DNA of 64,000 nucleotides, taken from NCBI GenBank assembly GCA_951406725.2, contig OX597819.1, positions 80,414,001 through 80,478,000 on the forward strand. Direction: 5' to 3'. This stretch comes from Octopus vulgaris. Taxonomy: Eukaryota. Of this stretch, positions 14,750-28,858 are shown in pieces (position 1 is the stretch's first letter; each line of letters starts with the position of its first letter). A program made the position numbers and the translations under genes. A model generated the notes under the pieces. It was not told the origin of the DNA, ran no database searches, and saw only the letters and a list, made by a program, of their open reading frames with translations.

Positions 14750-15641
14750 TCTCGATATACGGGTTAATTTGTTCCCGGAGACCGCTCGTAAAGGGAAAAT
14801 CTCGTAAAGCAGAGCAATAATTTCCCATAGTAGCAATGTTATAGTAATTCGTTCCCAGAAAAATATCTTACCTATAAAATTTATAATACTCGTAAATAAA
14901 TGGCAATAAAACAACATTAGAAAGTAAAGAATATTTTAATGCAAAGTAAAAAGAATGTCAAGATCATTTATAATAAAAAAAAATAATCAGTGAATAGACT
15001 TCACTGAGTTATAGATATATACAATTACGAAGTCGAGACAAATATCACAAGCTGACCGGTGTCTGCTACTCTAGGCCGATGAAGGACAACGATCCTGAAA
15101 CACGTGTCCCTAGATGCAGCTTCGGCAGCCGGGGGTGTTTGTCTCCCCTTCGTATATGTATATAAGGACACAGGGAAAAATGTGTCAAAGCCATCAGGAG
15201 GCGTTCGATGCTTCCTAGGGCTATACAGCGGTGGCGTACCCCCTACTGTCACGTTCTTGTTAGATTGACAGTATACAACCATTCTATCGTCCCACCACCG
15301 TACATGTCTCTACGAGATATTTAGAAATTCAATATTTCTCATTATTATAATCGTTTTCTGAATAACTTTCACTCGCACTAGACTTGCACACACCATCACT
15401 TGTAGACGCGATCGTCGATTCACAAGCACTCGTAGACGGACTTGTAGGTTTCTTTTTAAAAAACAAATCTAGAGTTGTTTACTAAGAAGCTTTTTTACGC
15501 GCTCTATAAATTTCTCTAACATGCCCAAGCCATTGTTGTGGTAATAGAAACTTTTGCACTTCGTTCAAAATTTGGATATTGTGCTTGAAAAATAAAACAC
15601 GTAAACACGGATTCTTGTGAAGCGGGGCCTTGTATTACTGT
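14750..15641. mobile_element. Possible Tigger/pogo-like non-autonomous element hosting a hammerhead-bearing insert
   Basis: The left end (ctcgatatacgggttaatttgttcc..ctcgtaaag..tttcccatag) and right end (..tattactgTA) resemble Tigger MITE ends. Pattern recall only. Confidence 0.35.
15063..15119 (+). ncRNA. Minimal type I hammerhead ribozyme (CCGA core variant)
   Basis: tctagg-CCGATGA-agga(caacga)tcct-GAAA-cacgtg-TC-cctaga. Palindromic stem III (ACACGTGT). Predicted cleavage after 15108. Confidence 0.85.
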
Positions 15642-15999
15642 ATTACTGTATTATATATTGTTTATATGTGTTTTGTATTTGTTTTTGTTATGTGTCACCT
15701 AGATTCTAAAGAATTGTTTGTTGGAGAGTATCAGACATGGTATAACTGAAGAAATAAAAAAAAATAACATCAGACCGTGCTTGATGGCATATTACCCGAG
15801 GAAGGAACAAAGCACAGCTGTTAATGAAAACTGTTCTAAAGAATATTCTTATATAATGATATATAAACATAAACTCAGTGACTTAAAGTTGATGTCTGGT
15901 GCAGAAACAAAAGTTGTGATTTGGTGTTAAAGCTTGGTATTTTCCATTTCCGTGGTATATATATGCGAGCACGTGTGTGTATATTATAATTTATGTAAA

Positions 16000-16212
16000 G
16001 GCGGCGGACTGGTAGAATCGTTAGCATTCCTGGCAAAATGCTTAGTGGCATTTCGTCCGCCTTTACGTTCTGAGTTCAAATGCCGCCGAGGTCGATTTCA
16101 CCTTTCATCCCTTCGGGCAAAATGAGTACCAGTTGAGCATTGGGGTCGATGTAATGGATTTATCCCTTTCCCCCGAAATTGCTGGCCTTGTGCCAAAATT
16201 TGAAACCAATAT
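16000..16212 (+). mobile_element. tRNA-derived SINE family B (Meta-domain-like)
   Basis: ggcgg..ctggtagaatcgttagc head, gagttcaaat B box and ctttcatcc..gagtaccag central domain. Confidence 0.78.
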
Positions 16213-16679
16213 TATTACATATGCAATGATTTAACTATATGTTATGTGTTTTCTTGTGAGCGTGATCCCTTGGTCCGTGGAAAAATTGTCTTTCATAAAA
16301 TCGGTTCGTGATACGGAAAGGTTTAAGGACAGCTGTTCTAAAGCAACTGGGTGCTAACAAGATGGCTCGAATTAAGGGGTATCTTTTACGGCTGCTTTAG
16401 ATGAGTGCTGTAAAAGTTGTTGTTCGTATTATATTTTTCTAGTTGTCGCTGCTGTTGTTTAATTCTGGTTCATCATTCTACTATCACTATAATTATTAGT
16501 GTTGCTAGCAATGTTGTTGAAGTCGCAGATAGAGGAACCTTACTACTGTTACAGATGTTGAGCTGTTCTCCTTATTGTTAACGAGAATAAGAATGCGCCT
16601 GCTGCGTTTTCTATTATTGTTGTTGTTCATAAACTGCTAAAGATACGCACACACACGCACACGCACGGTATAGGTAAGT

Positions 16680-17017
16680 TGAGACCCCTTCGGTCATGAC
16701 TGACTGTGGGATTGCACCTAGAAAGTTACCCTCCCAGGCATAAGTCCGGGGAAGGTTGTTTATGGAAGACCAGCAGTCGCCCACGCATACCGGCCTCCCC
16801 TCTCCATGCCACTAGTGTTATCCAAGGGAAACGAAACAGCAGATAAAGCTTGGTACCTGTGACATTGCAACTCATTTCTACAACTGAGTGAACTGGAGCA
16901 ACGTGAAATAAAGTGTCTTGCTCAAGAACACAACACGCAACCCGCTCCAGGATTCGAACTCACAACCTCACGATCGCAAGCTCGACGCTCTAACCACTGA
17001 GCCATGCGGCTTCGCTA
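16680..17017 (-). mobile_element. tRNA-derived SINE family C with 10-bp TSD
   Basis: Minus-strand head tggctcagtggttagagc..gagttcgaatcc and a ttcttgagcaagacactt box. TSD ataggtaagt at 16670-16679 and 17018-17027. Confidence 0.85.
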
Positions 17018-17209
17018 ATAGGTAAGTATGCATGCGTTATTATATTATTTTGTGTTGTTGATCAACATGTAGGCAGAACAAAGGAGATTAAAACTTACTG
17101 ATTATATTGAGTCGAATGCAGTTTCAAGGTTCGCCTTTAACAGTTAATTCAGCCATTCTGGCTGAATGAGTCATTAAAGGTGAAACTTGAAATCCCAGTT
17201 AAGTTACTA

Positions 17210-17244
<35 letters not shown>

Positions 17245-17334
17245 AAATTACGATAAACACAAGTTTATGCCATTTGTCTCCTAGAGTTATTTCACCTCTA
17301 TTGTTATTTGCAACCTCTACATCGGATGTCCCAA

Positions 17335-17890
17335 ATGCAAGAACCAACTTGAAATTTTGTGTTAAACTTGGGAGGTCTGCTCAGAAGGATTGAGCATGCT
17401 TCAGTTAGATTACGCCGATGAGGCAATGGGCCGTACACAATGTTTCGAGTGGCACGGAGGAACACCTTTGGATGTCACTGAACAATCTGGAAAACCTGCC
17501 ACGAACATCATCCCCGGAAATGTAGAAGAAAATTCACCGGATTGTGCATGAGGATTATCGGAAGACAATCAACGTTTAGAAGCGTTTGAGGGAGGACATT
17601 CGGTGAAAGCGACCGGATCTGTATAGCGCAAAGAATCAGATTCTTCACGACGACAATGTATACTGTTAACGAGCTCTTCTCACTGGTGAGTTTCTGATCA
17701 AAAACAACATGGCATGGCTTCCACATCCACCCTATTCGCCAGATTTAGCACTTGTGGACTTACATCTCTTCCCCAATATGAAAATGCAGCTCAAAGGTTG
17801 CCGTTTTAAGATCGTTGTCGAGATCAAGAGCGAATGTCAGAAGGTCCTCGACTCGCTTACGGCGGATTCCAAAAGTGGCATGAACGCAGA
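17335..17890 (+). mobile_element. Internally deleted fragment of the same mariner family
   Basis: RTNLKFCVKLGRSA, LHDDN and WLPHPPYSPDLALVDLHLFPNMKMQLKG. Confidence 0.8.
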
Positions 17891-19039
17891 GACGACGGGT
17901 TTCTTTCAGTTTCAGCCTACCAAAACCATGTATAAGACCTTTCTCGTTGGCCCGAGGATTTATTAGAATATACTTTGCCCAATGTGCCATGCAGTAGGGC
18001 GGAACCTCAAACCATACGGTCGTAGAGCAAAGTTCTTACCACACAGCTATTTGCAAATATTTCATATTCTTCAGATATTTCCTATAATGTACCTATTGGC
18101 CTTCCTCTCCCTCTCCTTTTTCTCCCATATTAGCTTCCCCAATCAACTTAAAACAGCCTCATTTTACGATTATATGAGAAATATACTTATCTAACTACCA
18201 GTTTAAAATCCTGATTCTTCGTTCATTTTGCAACCCAGTTTTCACTCTCTCTCTCTCTCTCTCTTTACATATACCTTTACACACTCACTCCTTTTCTTGA
18301 AATCGTTCCACTCAGCAAATCGCTTAAGTAATTTTTACCTGCAGAAAAAGAATCAAACGTTGGAGAAGAAATTTCCACTAATTGCTATCCTCGGCACGGA
18401 ACATCACTAGTTTCGTTAGATTCTATACTTTACCCAATTTTAATACTAATTAATGAAGAGATAATTTAACGAAACCAAAATTTATAACTCAATCCTGAAT
18501 GCTGAATCTTTTTTACTGAACCTGTGGTTGTCTTTTTTCTTTTTTTTTTTTTTTCATTACGAATCGAACCGATTGTTAAAATTTTTACAGTTCTGTTTAA
18601 AACTATGTATGTGCATATGTCTTACCGCGTCTCTGTGTGTCTTCCTATATATATATATATATGTGTGTGTGTATGTGTGTGTGAGTGTGTGTGTGTCTGT
18701 GTCTCTGTGTATACGTACCAGTATTCAAAGGCAGCATGTAAGCATCTACGTACATATGCTCAAGAGCTTTTAAGATATGTGCTTGTCTTGTAAACTGGGG
18801 CGGAGCGTCCAAGTGATATGTCAAGTCACAAGCATACATTTGAGTGTGCATGAGTACGTGCCTATAAGCATATGCAAAATACAGATGCACATATATGTAC
18901 GTATATAATGAATATAATATATATATATATATATAATGTATATACAATGTAAATATAGAACTGTAAATGTAATGTGTTTGTGTGTGTGTATGTATATATA
19001 TATATATATATAAATGTATATAAATAAATATATGTATAT

Positions 19040-19089
<50 letters not shown>

Positions 19090-19657
19090 CTGCTGCATAT
19101 AATTGCACTATCCACATTTATTTACAAACAGCCATTTCACTAAAATGTGTATTGATCACTTTAAATGGTGGTGTACGAGATCTTTTGATACCGCATACAC
19201 CCGCTCAAGAACGCGTAGATATCCACAGACACACATATGTGTATATATATATATGTATGTGTGTGTGTGTCTGTGTGTGTGTGTGCGTGTATGTATATAT
19301 ATGTGCGTATATATGTATACATGTGTATATATATATATATATAAATATATAAATATGTTTGTATACATACACACACACACATATATATATACATATATAT
19401 ATAGATAGATATATCCATTCACACACACACAAATATATATATATATATATATATATACATACATATATATATATATATATGAATATATATATGTATGTAT
19501 GTATCTATATATATGTCTATATATATACATATATTTATATATATATACTTATATATGCATATGTATTTCTGTATATATACATATATATATTATATGTGTG
19601 TGTGTGTAGTCTGTGTGTGTATGATTGTGTATGTAGGCATATATGTAAATACGGGCG

Positions 19658-19694
<37 letters not shown>

Positions 19695-19743
19695 CAAATT
19701 TAAATGTAATTATTATATATGTGTGCGTGTGTATGTTTGTATG

Positions 19744-19807
<64 letters not shown>

Positions 19808-19954
19808 CATATATATATTTATGTGTATTGGAATGTATAAATGTGTATAGATATGCACACTCATGTATATGTGTGTGTATGTATATGCATATGCATAGAT
19901 AGTTATGTGTGCAAGTACACATATATATTTGTTTATACATACACACACACACTG

Positions 19955-19991
<37 letters not shown>

Positions 19992-20329
19992 CGCTTACAC
20001 GCTCACATACACACACATAGGCAGACACGTAGGGACAGAAGCGTACAGCATATAATACAACCAAATCGCAAAAAAAAACACACATAACTATACAAATGAA
20101 TAAATATAAAACTACAAGAATCTGAACTAAGAAGATAATTGTGTCGGTGTGCAGAATTGGTTTTATTTCAACTGTGTTGCTGCTATGATTCTGTCAATAA
20201 ACATTGTTTAAAGACACATTGCTTTGACATGCTAGGATCAGCTTGTCACTTTTGGTGAAGCTTATCAATTAGAGCTAGTCATTTGGTTGATTAATTTTCG
20301 TCAACCCGTCACCCTCGTTAAAGAACTGC

Positions 20330-20792
20330 CACCACCGCCACCACTATCATTACCACAAACACCACCATCCCCGCCATCCCCATCACCACCACCACCACCA
20401 CTATCACGATCCTCCTCCTCATCATCATCATCAACGTCTTCGTCGTCATCCTCATCATCATCATCATCCTCATCATCTTCGTCGTCATCGTCATCATCAT
20501 CATCCTCATCATCATCTTCATCGTCGTCGTCATCGTCATCATCATTATCGTCATCATCATTATCGTCATCATCTTCATCATCGTCGTCGTCGTCATCATC
20601 ATCATCATCATCATCATCGTCGTCGTCGTCGTCATCATCATCATCATCATCATCGTCGTCGTCATCATCATCATCATCATCATCACCACCACCACCACTA
20701 CTGCCGCCACCACAACCTACACTATCATCACCACCTGCACCACCACGATTATTATTACTACTATCACTATGATGATGATGATGATGATGATC
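20330..20792. repeat. Compound trinucleotide tract (CAC/CAT/CGT)
   Basis: Visible simple repeats. Confidence 0.9.
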
Positions 20793-21342
20793 CAATATAT
20801 ACCATCCATTGTTTTAGCTCTGACGATCTAACTAAAGATGTTCTTACTACTATCTGCCCCCAGGGAGAGCGGCAGCGTCAGTACCAGCGGAAGCACCTGT
20901 GCTGCCACCACTACTAACATCAACACCAAAAACGCCAACAAACCATTAGCAATAACAATGCAACCAACATTACCACTACCACCATTACTATCATCATCAC
21001 CAACGCAACAAACAGCACCGCTAGGAGAACGGATAACCATCACGAGAGCACATAAAAAAGAACACATAACCATCACAAGAACACATAAGAACGCACAACC
21101 ATCAATAACGCCACTGCTACCAACATCATCTCTGTTCGCTCCTCAGACATTAAATAGGCAACATTGCTATTGCTAATAGCTCTGCAGTGGCGATACCAAC
21201 ACCAGCACAGGCAACTTAAACAACCACCACACTATCATCACCGCTATCGTGACCATAGCCACTAGCTTCCTCATCGCCTCCACCATCACCAAAAACAATA
21301 ATTTGTCAGCTATCTCGTGCGCTTACTCGCACGCATACGCAT

Positions 21343-21408
<66 letters not shown>

Positions 21409-21573
21409 GGGGGGGAGAGAGATGCACACACATCACGCTTATAGACAAAACGGGCATCGCTACCACCAACCGCCACAAAAACCGCTCATAATCAGAACCA
21501 GCGTGGTTATTATTTTTATAACTATGTTATCACCATTAACGACGCCAGCAAGAACTATACCTCCGCCGCAACC

Positions 21574-21605
<32 letters not shown>

Positions 21606-21654
21606 CAGCAGCAACAACAACAAAAGTAATAATACCATCGTTCATGTAAATGGT

Positions 21655-22082
21655 TACAAATTGTTGGCACAAAACTAGCAAGTGCCGGAGAGGAGCTAAG
21701 TCAATTACATCGACCCCAGTCATCAACTGGCACATTGTTTTTATCGAGTACGAAAGAACGAAAGGTAAAATCGACTTCAGTGAATTTTGAACCCCCGGAC
21801 GTAGACGTAGAGACGGACGATATGCCGCTAAGCATCTTACCCAGCGTGCTAACGATACTGCCAGTCTGCCGCTCTTACCATCATCCATGATACTATTTTC
21901 GCAGGAAGGGATACGTCGATTACATCGACCCTAGTGTTGAAGTGCTACTTAATCTATCAACCTCGAAAGGATGAAAGGCAAAGACGATCTCGGCGGAATT
22001 TGACTTCAGAATGTAAAGGTGAATGAAATGCCGCTAAGCATTTTTGTCCAGTGTGGTAACGATTCTGTCAGCTCTACGCCCA
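21655..22082 (-). mobile_element. Two tandem SINE family B copies
   Basis: 21655-21875 and 21910-22082 are reverse complements of family B. Confidence 0.72.
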
Positions 22083-22234
22083 AGTCATTATCCCTAATAT
22101 TACAATCAAAAACTCTACTTTTAAATCTGCTTCTACTGAACATCGCTAACTTCACCAATTTTTCTACTAATTTTACGGCAATAACCACGACTAGGTGACT
22201 GTTGATAATGCTTATGGAGTTAGTCCAATGATAA

Positions 22235-24131
22235 CACAACGTAACAATTTTCAAGAAAAACTTGTTTATTGTTTTTTTTTATAGTTTATCAATCCATTTT
22301 TTTCTGTTGATTCCAAAAATGAAATTATTTTTTGGTGTATCATCAACAGTTAAAAAATATATCGACTTTCAATGTTATTATATATTCGGTATTGTTATAA
22401 TATTCCGCTACTAAATGTATGTCTAATTTTCTCTTTCAGACCAATTACTAAGTTCTTTTACTTTCAGGATGTCTACAAGAGTATGTAGAAGTTCCCCAGG
22501 TATATTTTGCTGTCTGTGGTTATTATATTGGAAAAAAGCGGGTATTACATAAGATCGTGAAAGGTACCAAATTGTGGATAGCGTACATACTCTATTTCGG
22601 AATGCCCATGGGTGACCAGGACAAACCATGGGCCCCACATGTGATATGTGGAAGCTGTCGATCTACTCTAGAAGGATGGTTGAGAGGTACAGGAAGGTCA
22701 ATGTATTTTGTCATTCCAAGGGTATGGAGAGAGCCAAAGAACCATCACGATGACTGTTACTTTTGTATGATCGTTGTGACAAAGTACAGAAAAGTAAAAG
22801 GAAGACAAGCTCTTCAGTATCCAGACATACTATCATCTAGAGCACCTGTCCCACATGATGACAATTCACAAGTACCACTACTACCAGGAAATATTTCATC
22901 TGAAGAGTCAACAAGTAGTAGCTCAACACGAAGTCTCAAAGCAATGTTGCTCCACAATGGAAATAAATATCCTTATTTGCCTCTTTACACTCTATACAGA
23001 AGACAGAAAATTACTATAATGTCAAGAAAGCTTCTCGACAAAATAAATTACGCTGAGTTCAAGTAGGATGTTTGTGGTGATTTCATGATGCCTGCCGTCT
23101 TGTTTGGCTTGCAAGGGGGATACACAAAGTATTCATGTTTCCTTTGCTTATGGGGCAGCAGAGCTGATGATGATAAGAGAGTACATTGGCCTCCGCAAGT
23201 GGAACTGCAGCCAGGAATGTTAAATGTTCTCGAACAGCCTCTAGTAGATTCCAACAAAATCTTATTACCCCCACTTCATATCAAACTCGGATTGGTAAAA
23301 CAGTTTGTGAAGGCCTTAGATTTTAGAGGAGAAGCATTTCTAGAAATTTGTCTTAATGTTTCCAAAGCTATCTGAGCCTAAGATCAATGGTGGCATATTT
23401 GTTGGGCCCCAAGTAAATGCAATGTTAAAGTCGAAGAAACTGGTAAGATCGATGACAAAAGTTGAAAAAGAAGCTTGGTATGCATTTCGTGATGTAGTTC
23501 GTGGATTCCTAGGAAATCACAAGGATCCTAATTACAAACAGCTGTAGCAAAGCTTATTGAAAACTTCAAGAAAATGGGTTGTCGTATGTCCTTAAAGGTT
23601 CATTTTTTGCACTCTCACCTAGATTTTTCCCCCGAACACTTGGGTGATGTCAGTGAGGAGCATGGTGAGAGATTTCATCAGGACATCGCAACTATGGAAA
23701 GAAGATACCAAGGACGATGGGATACTGCTACGATGGGAGATTGTATATGGTCCCTAGTCAGAAGAGATGAAAATCCAGAAAATCTCGGTCGTCAAAGCAC
23801 TTCTCATCTTCAGAAAAGAGTTATCAAGGCATTTACAGTGCAGAGTTTTATTGTTTCTTTTTGTTCTAATTTTATACTTCCTAAATACCTTTCAATATAT
23901 GAAAGAGTACTAAATGTTGTGTAATTATCCTTACAATACTAGAATAGATTGAACCAACAATGTGTGTGCTGTAGAGAAAAGTTACAAATATAACGAGCAA
24001 ATATGAAATTAGGAATAAATAAATAACTACCGATGTTACGTCAAAACGAATGTGATTTTTGAATTTAGTGGCAAAAAATGCATATATGAACATTAAAAAA
24101 TACAAATAAACAAAACATGTGTTACATTGTG
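22235..24131 (+). mobile_element. Chapaev3-type (CMC superfamily) DNA transposon, decayed and internally deleted
   Basis: Terminal inverted repeats cacaacgtaac / gttacattgtg (CAC...GTG ends) enclose a transposase pseudogene. Confidence 0.8.
22469..23800 (+). pseudogene. Chapaev3-like transposase pseudogene
   Basis: Frameshifted segments: MSTRVCRSSPGIFC, GDQDKPWAPHVIC, PRVWREPKNHHDDCYFC, SLKAMLLHNGN, GLQGGYTKYSCFLC, LLPPLHIKLGLVKQFVKAL, GIFVGPQ, MSLKVHFLHSHLDF, SEEHGERFHQDI..MERRYQG. Confidence 0.88.
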
Positions 24132-24437
24132 TTATCATTTTATTCAATATATTCCCTTCTCAGATTCACATACGTATTGGAGCAGTCCTTATGTTTTTCC
24201 AAACCCTGTGAAAGAACTCGGAAGATTGAGCCTCCAGCCAGGCCTTTCGCGACTCTCTCAAAGCCAGGAACCTTACATACACACATACATACATACATAC
24301 ATACATACATACATACATACATACATACATACATACATGCATGCATACATACATACATACATACATGCATACATACATACATACATACATACATACATAC
24401 ATACATACATACATACATACATACATACATACATACA

Positions 24438-24469
<32 letters not shown>

Positions 24470-24697
24470 GAGACATGGTCACGTAACATACAAGCACGTA
24501 TATCCCGGTATAAACCAGTACACACGCAAACGTTAACATATTCAGAAAATAGCTGAAACAATTGTCTTGAATGAAACAAAAGTCAACATCATTATATTAT
24601 TGACCGGTTCCAATGAATCTTGCGAGAGAAAACTTAAATCTCATAGAAACACACACACAAACACACTCATACACACGCACAGCGCACGCGCGTAAAG

Positions 24698-24731
<34 letters not shown>

Positions 24732-25528
24732 GCACATGTATGTATGTCTTTCTACGTCTGTGCGTATGTATGTATGTGTATATGTAGGGCACACACTGTA
24801 GAACATTATGTGTATGTATGTGTGCATGTGTGTGTGTGTGTACACACATACATATGTATATGTGTGTGTGTTTATGTATGTATGTGTGCATACGTATTCA
24901 TGTATACAATTCTATCTATTCAGTCATACGTTCATGCATACTCACACACGCAAATATATACATACATACATACATAAATACATATATACACACACATACA
25001 TGCATACATGCATACACACACATACGTGCATGCGTACAATCATACGTTCATGCATACACACACGCACGTACACGCGCACATACACGCAAACGCACATACA
25101 TATGTATACATACACGCATACATGCATGCATACCTGCATACACACACATACACACACACTCTAGAGAAATGTCATTGCAATTTACATATGATTTCCTCAG
25201 ACAAAACAAATTGATAGATGACGAAGAACGCGGGTATATGTTGGAAGAAACTAATAACAGACTGGGTGTATATATAATTCACTTTAACCCAGTGAGGGCT
25301 ACAACCTTGCCACAAAACATGAATATCTAATTTGTGATTCGGTTTTTATTTCTCCATGCCCCGTAGGCATTGAAACAATATCAAGAACAAGAATAGCCAT
25401 TTTTTTTTCTTTTTTCCATTTTTTCTTTTAGTAAAGATAGCAACACCACCAACAGCAACGACGACACCGCTACTTCCACCACCACCACCAACAATAACAT
25501 GGTCAATATTTATGATGAAGACGATGAT

Positions 25529-25600
25529 GGTGGTGGTAGTACTGGTGGTGGTAGTACTGGTGGTGGTAGTACTGGTGGTGGTAGTACTGGTGGTGGTAGT
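25529..25600 (+). repeat. 15-bp minisatellite (ggtggtggtagtact) x 4.8
   Basis: Directly visible exact repeats. Confidence 0.9.
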
Positions 25601-26124
25601 GGTGGTGGTCCTGATGATCATGATCGATGGTTGCAGTAATACGGTACAGATGATGGTGCTGATAATGATGGTAGTTGAGGTGGTTACGGCGGTTAAGGTT
25701 GTGGTGGTGGTGGTGATGGTGGTGGTGGTGGTGGTGGTGGAGGTGGTGGTGGTGGTGGTGGTGGTGGTGGTGGTTGTGGAGGTGGAGGTGGAGGTGGTGT
25801 TGGTACTTTCAACGCAATGAGCGTACACTTTTGTACGACGTATTCGATTGAATATATATAAATTCAGTATATCACAATATTTCTTATTTTTGCAAAAACC
25901 ACCCGATCACTCCAAAGCGACAAAATGTCTACAACTCTCAATGGCTTTCCCATCACCTTCATACAGTTCTCTCCAGATCTAGGTTTTTTCCTTGCCAAAA
26001 ATATGTAATATTTCTCTCTCCCCAAGCCTTCATTTTCATTCTCTCTCTTTCTCTCCATATGTATGTATATATATATATATATATATACATGTAGATAGAT
26101 AGATAGATAGATAGATAGAAACAG

Positions 26125-26181
<57 letters not shown>

Positions 26182-26421
26182 TGTATGCATGTGTGTGAGT
26201 GTACATTCCTGTCACAAGCTGGGACCTTGAAGACTGCCTAAATGCAAGAAATTATACTAGTCCCTTAATATTTTATATTCAATCTATTCAATAAGACAAT
26301 TAATACTTCATTTCATTTTACTATATATACTATATATACTATATATTCTATATTCTACATTATTATAAAGAATATAAATAAAACATAAAAAACAGAGTTG
26401 GAATTCTTTTGAATAATGTAA

Positions 26422-26472
<51 letters not shown>

Positions 26473-27410
26473 CAAATAAAACAAGGAAAATAAAAACAAA
26501 AGCAGAAAATGTAATAAGGACATATACAGCGAATGTATCAGGAGGACGCTCAGTTTAAGATTGGAAAAAAAAAGGTAGGGTGACGTTCCGAGGTTTGCGC
26601 TTCGTCAGAAAGAGGGAAGAGAAAATGTCTACAGAGATGTTAAAGAATCGCCCGAGAAAAAAAAACGTGTTATTACATGGCTGAAGTGACAGGATATGTG
26701 TGTATAAATAAATATATGTGTGCGTGTGTTTGTTTGTGTGTGTGTGCGCGCGCGATAGACTTCTTTCCAGTTTCCACCTATCAAATCCACTCACAAGGCT
26801 TTGGTCGGCTTGAAGTTATTGTAGAAAACACGAAGATACTTACCGAAGTTACCATGCATGAAACTAAACATGGAACCATGTGGTTGAGAAGCAAACTTCT
26901 TACCATAGATCCACGGCAGTATCTATGACCATGACTAAGAATTTTTTGAAAATTTTATTCTTTTCTTACTTACTACGGCCCAATCTGAACCAACGTACAG
27001 CCACCAAAAAAACTGCTGGGCCCCATTTCGAAATACATAGCATTAGTTCTACCACACTCATGAAAAATTCGGCAGAAGCAATGCTGTTGTACAAAATAAA
27101 GGCAAAGTACGACAAAGTGTTCGACTTCGATTTAGTTGATAAGAACTTCTAACAACGATAGCGTTATATAGTTTACCATAGACAGATATTGTTGGCTAGA
27201 ATATTGTCATTTCAATCACTTGTAAGCTTCCTGCCACCAAAACGTTACAGTGTTTGCCTACGAGCAACGTCACATTAGTCTTGCCGCGGCCCTGTGTTAT
27301 ATAAAACTTGGAGCCACCTTGTTAAAAATTGCACCAGAATGTCACGCTGAAGTTAAAATCATATATGACTTCTAATTATTTTAAGGCCATATGAATTTTG
27401 TATTTTATAC

Positions 27411-27613
27411 AGGCCATATCTGGCCAAAATATTCTTTTTTGTGTCAAAAGTGGCCAGATCCGGCTTCTCACACCTACCCTACAGCGTTATTCTTAAAATA
27501 AGAAATCACATCATTGAAATCTTGAAGCTATGAGATAATGTAAGATTACTTCAAAACAATATGAATCAATAGGCATTACATTCGACTGTCTAATCTGATT
27601 GCTAAAGGGTTAA
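27411..27613 (-). mobile_element. Partial copy of the same piggyBac-like MITE
   Basis: Ends in tgctaaagggttaa and shows reverse-complement similarity to 28859-29026. Confidence 0.6.
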
Positions 27614-27689
27614 GCTTGAGTTTGTTTAGCTTATATCTAAAGCCAGCCCGATGGTGCTTTCCTCGATTTTTAAACTAATAACGTGATCT

Positions 27690-27910
27690 GCTATTTCAAG
27701 CACTTTGGTTGCTCAACCTGCAAGAAATAGTAGCCAAATCTCCTTCAAGCTATACCCTAATGTCTTTAAAAAAAAGGTAAAAGTCACATTAGGTAATGTA
27801 ATCCGATACACTCATTAAAAACAGAGAGTTGGTCACAGCTCAAATGCTTTAATTGTAGTTCTGCGGGATCAAGTCGATTATAGGCGAAACGTCATCAACA
27901 ACAACAACAA
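27690..27910 (+). repeat. Interspersed repeat family D ending in (CAA)n
   Basis: ggttgctcaacctgcaagaaatagtagccaaatct motif. Degenerate inverted relatives near 12430-12600 and 28125-28200. Confidence 0.45.
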
Positions 27911-28858
27911 ACTAATACCTGCAGATAATAGTTCTCCTGGGGGTAAAAACCCACAACTCCAAGTAAAAATGTTTTCATAATCGACAAAATATATATAAGG
28001 TAAAAATAAAAAATGAACGCCATATCTTAACAAATAAGCATAACGATCACCTGATTCAGTACATAGTCATGCACACAAAGTAACACGCATGTACACACAA
28101 AGTAATAATACAGTTTTTTCCCTTGATGTTGTTGATTTTAACACTAGATTTGTTCTAATCGAGTGGACTTAAAATAAAGGCATTCAGCCGTGACCATTCT
28201 GAATTTTTGTTTTTCCGTTTTTTTTCTTTTTCTTTTCCTTCCAAGTTTTGCTGCAACCACAGAATTTAGTGAGTTGTACGTGTTTCTTCTTTTCTCTTTT
28301 TTCATTTTTTTAATTTTTTTTTGTGTTTTTCTTTTGCTAAGGCGAAAAATGTATATGTTCGCGACTGAGGTAAAAGCCATCAACTAGTATTTACCAAATT
28401 ATCAAAATCCCTATGTACCAAAGTAAATTATTTAATCTATCATCCGTATTATTTAATCTACCATCCACTAGGCGTTGCCTAGTGCCTAGGCTGCTGCACT
28501 CACGATTGCTAGATCGTGGATTTCGATTCCCCTAGCTGGGTGGACCGTTCTGTTCCTGACAAATACACTTCATTTCACGTTGCTCCAGTACCCCCACATC
28601 TCTTTCGAGCAGAGGGCATCGTTGGCCACCTCGCCTAGCCAGCAGGGTGGCATCATTTGAAGGCTAAAACAATGCAAAAGTGCATTGTGACTAGCGATGT
28701 TTGGCAACATCTGATTCGGATAGCCTGGTCAGTCATGTGATCACTTGATCATCCATAAATCCTAAAACAATAATCGAATTATTATAAAAGCGCGTCAAAA
28801 ATCTTTTATTTGTTTACCTGTGTCAGTCATTGAACTGAGATTATGCTGGGTCACTGCT

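Noticed and set aside
16940-17012. tRNA gene
   Set aside because: A/B boxes are present, but the sequence runs into a multi-copy SINE body with a TSD. The same applies to all other tRNA-like heads.
27880-27900. GAAACGTC hammerhead 3' half
   Set aside because: No upstream core or stem II. Similar isolated halves near 7425, 13790 and 52310 were also not counted.
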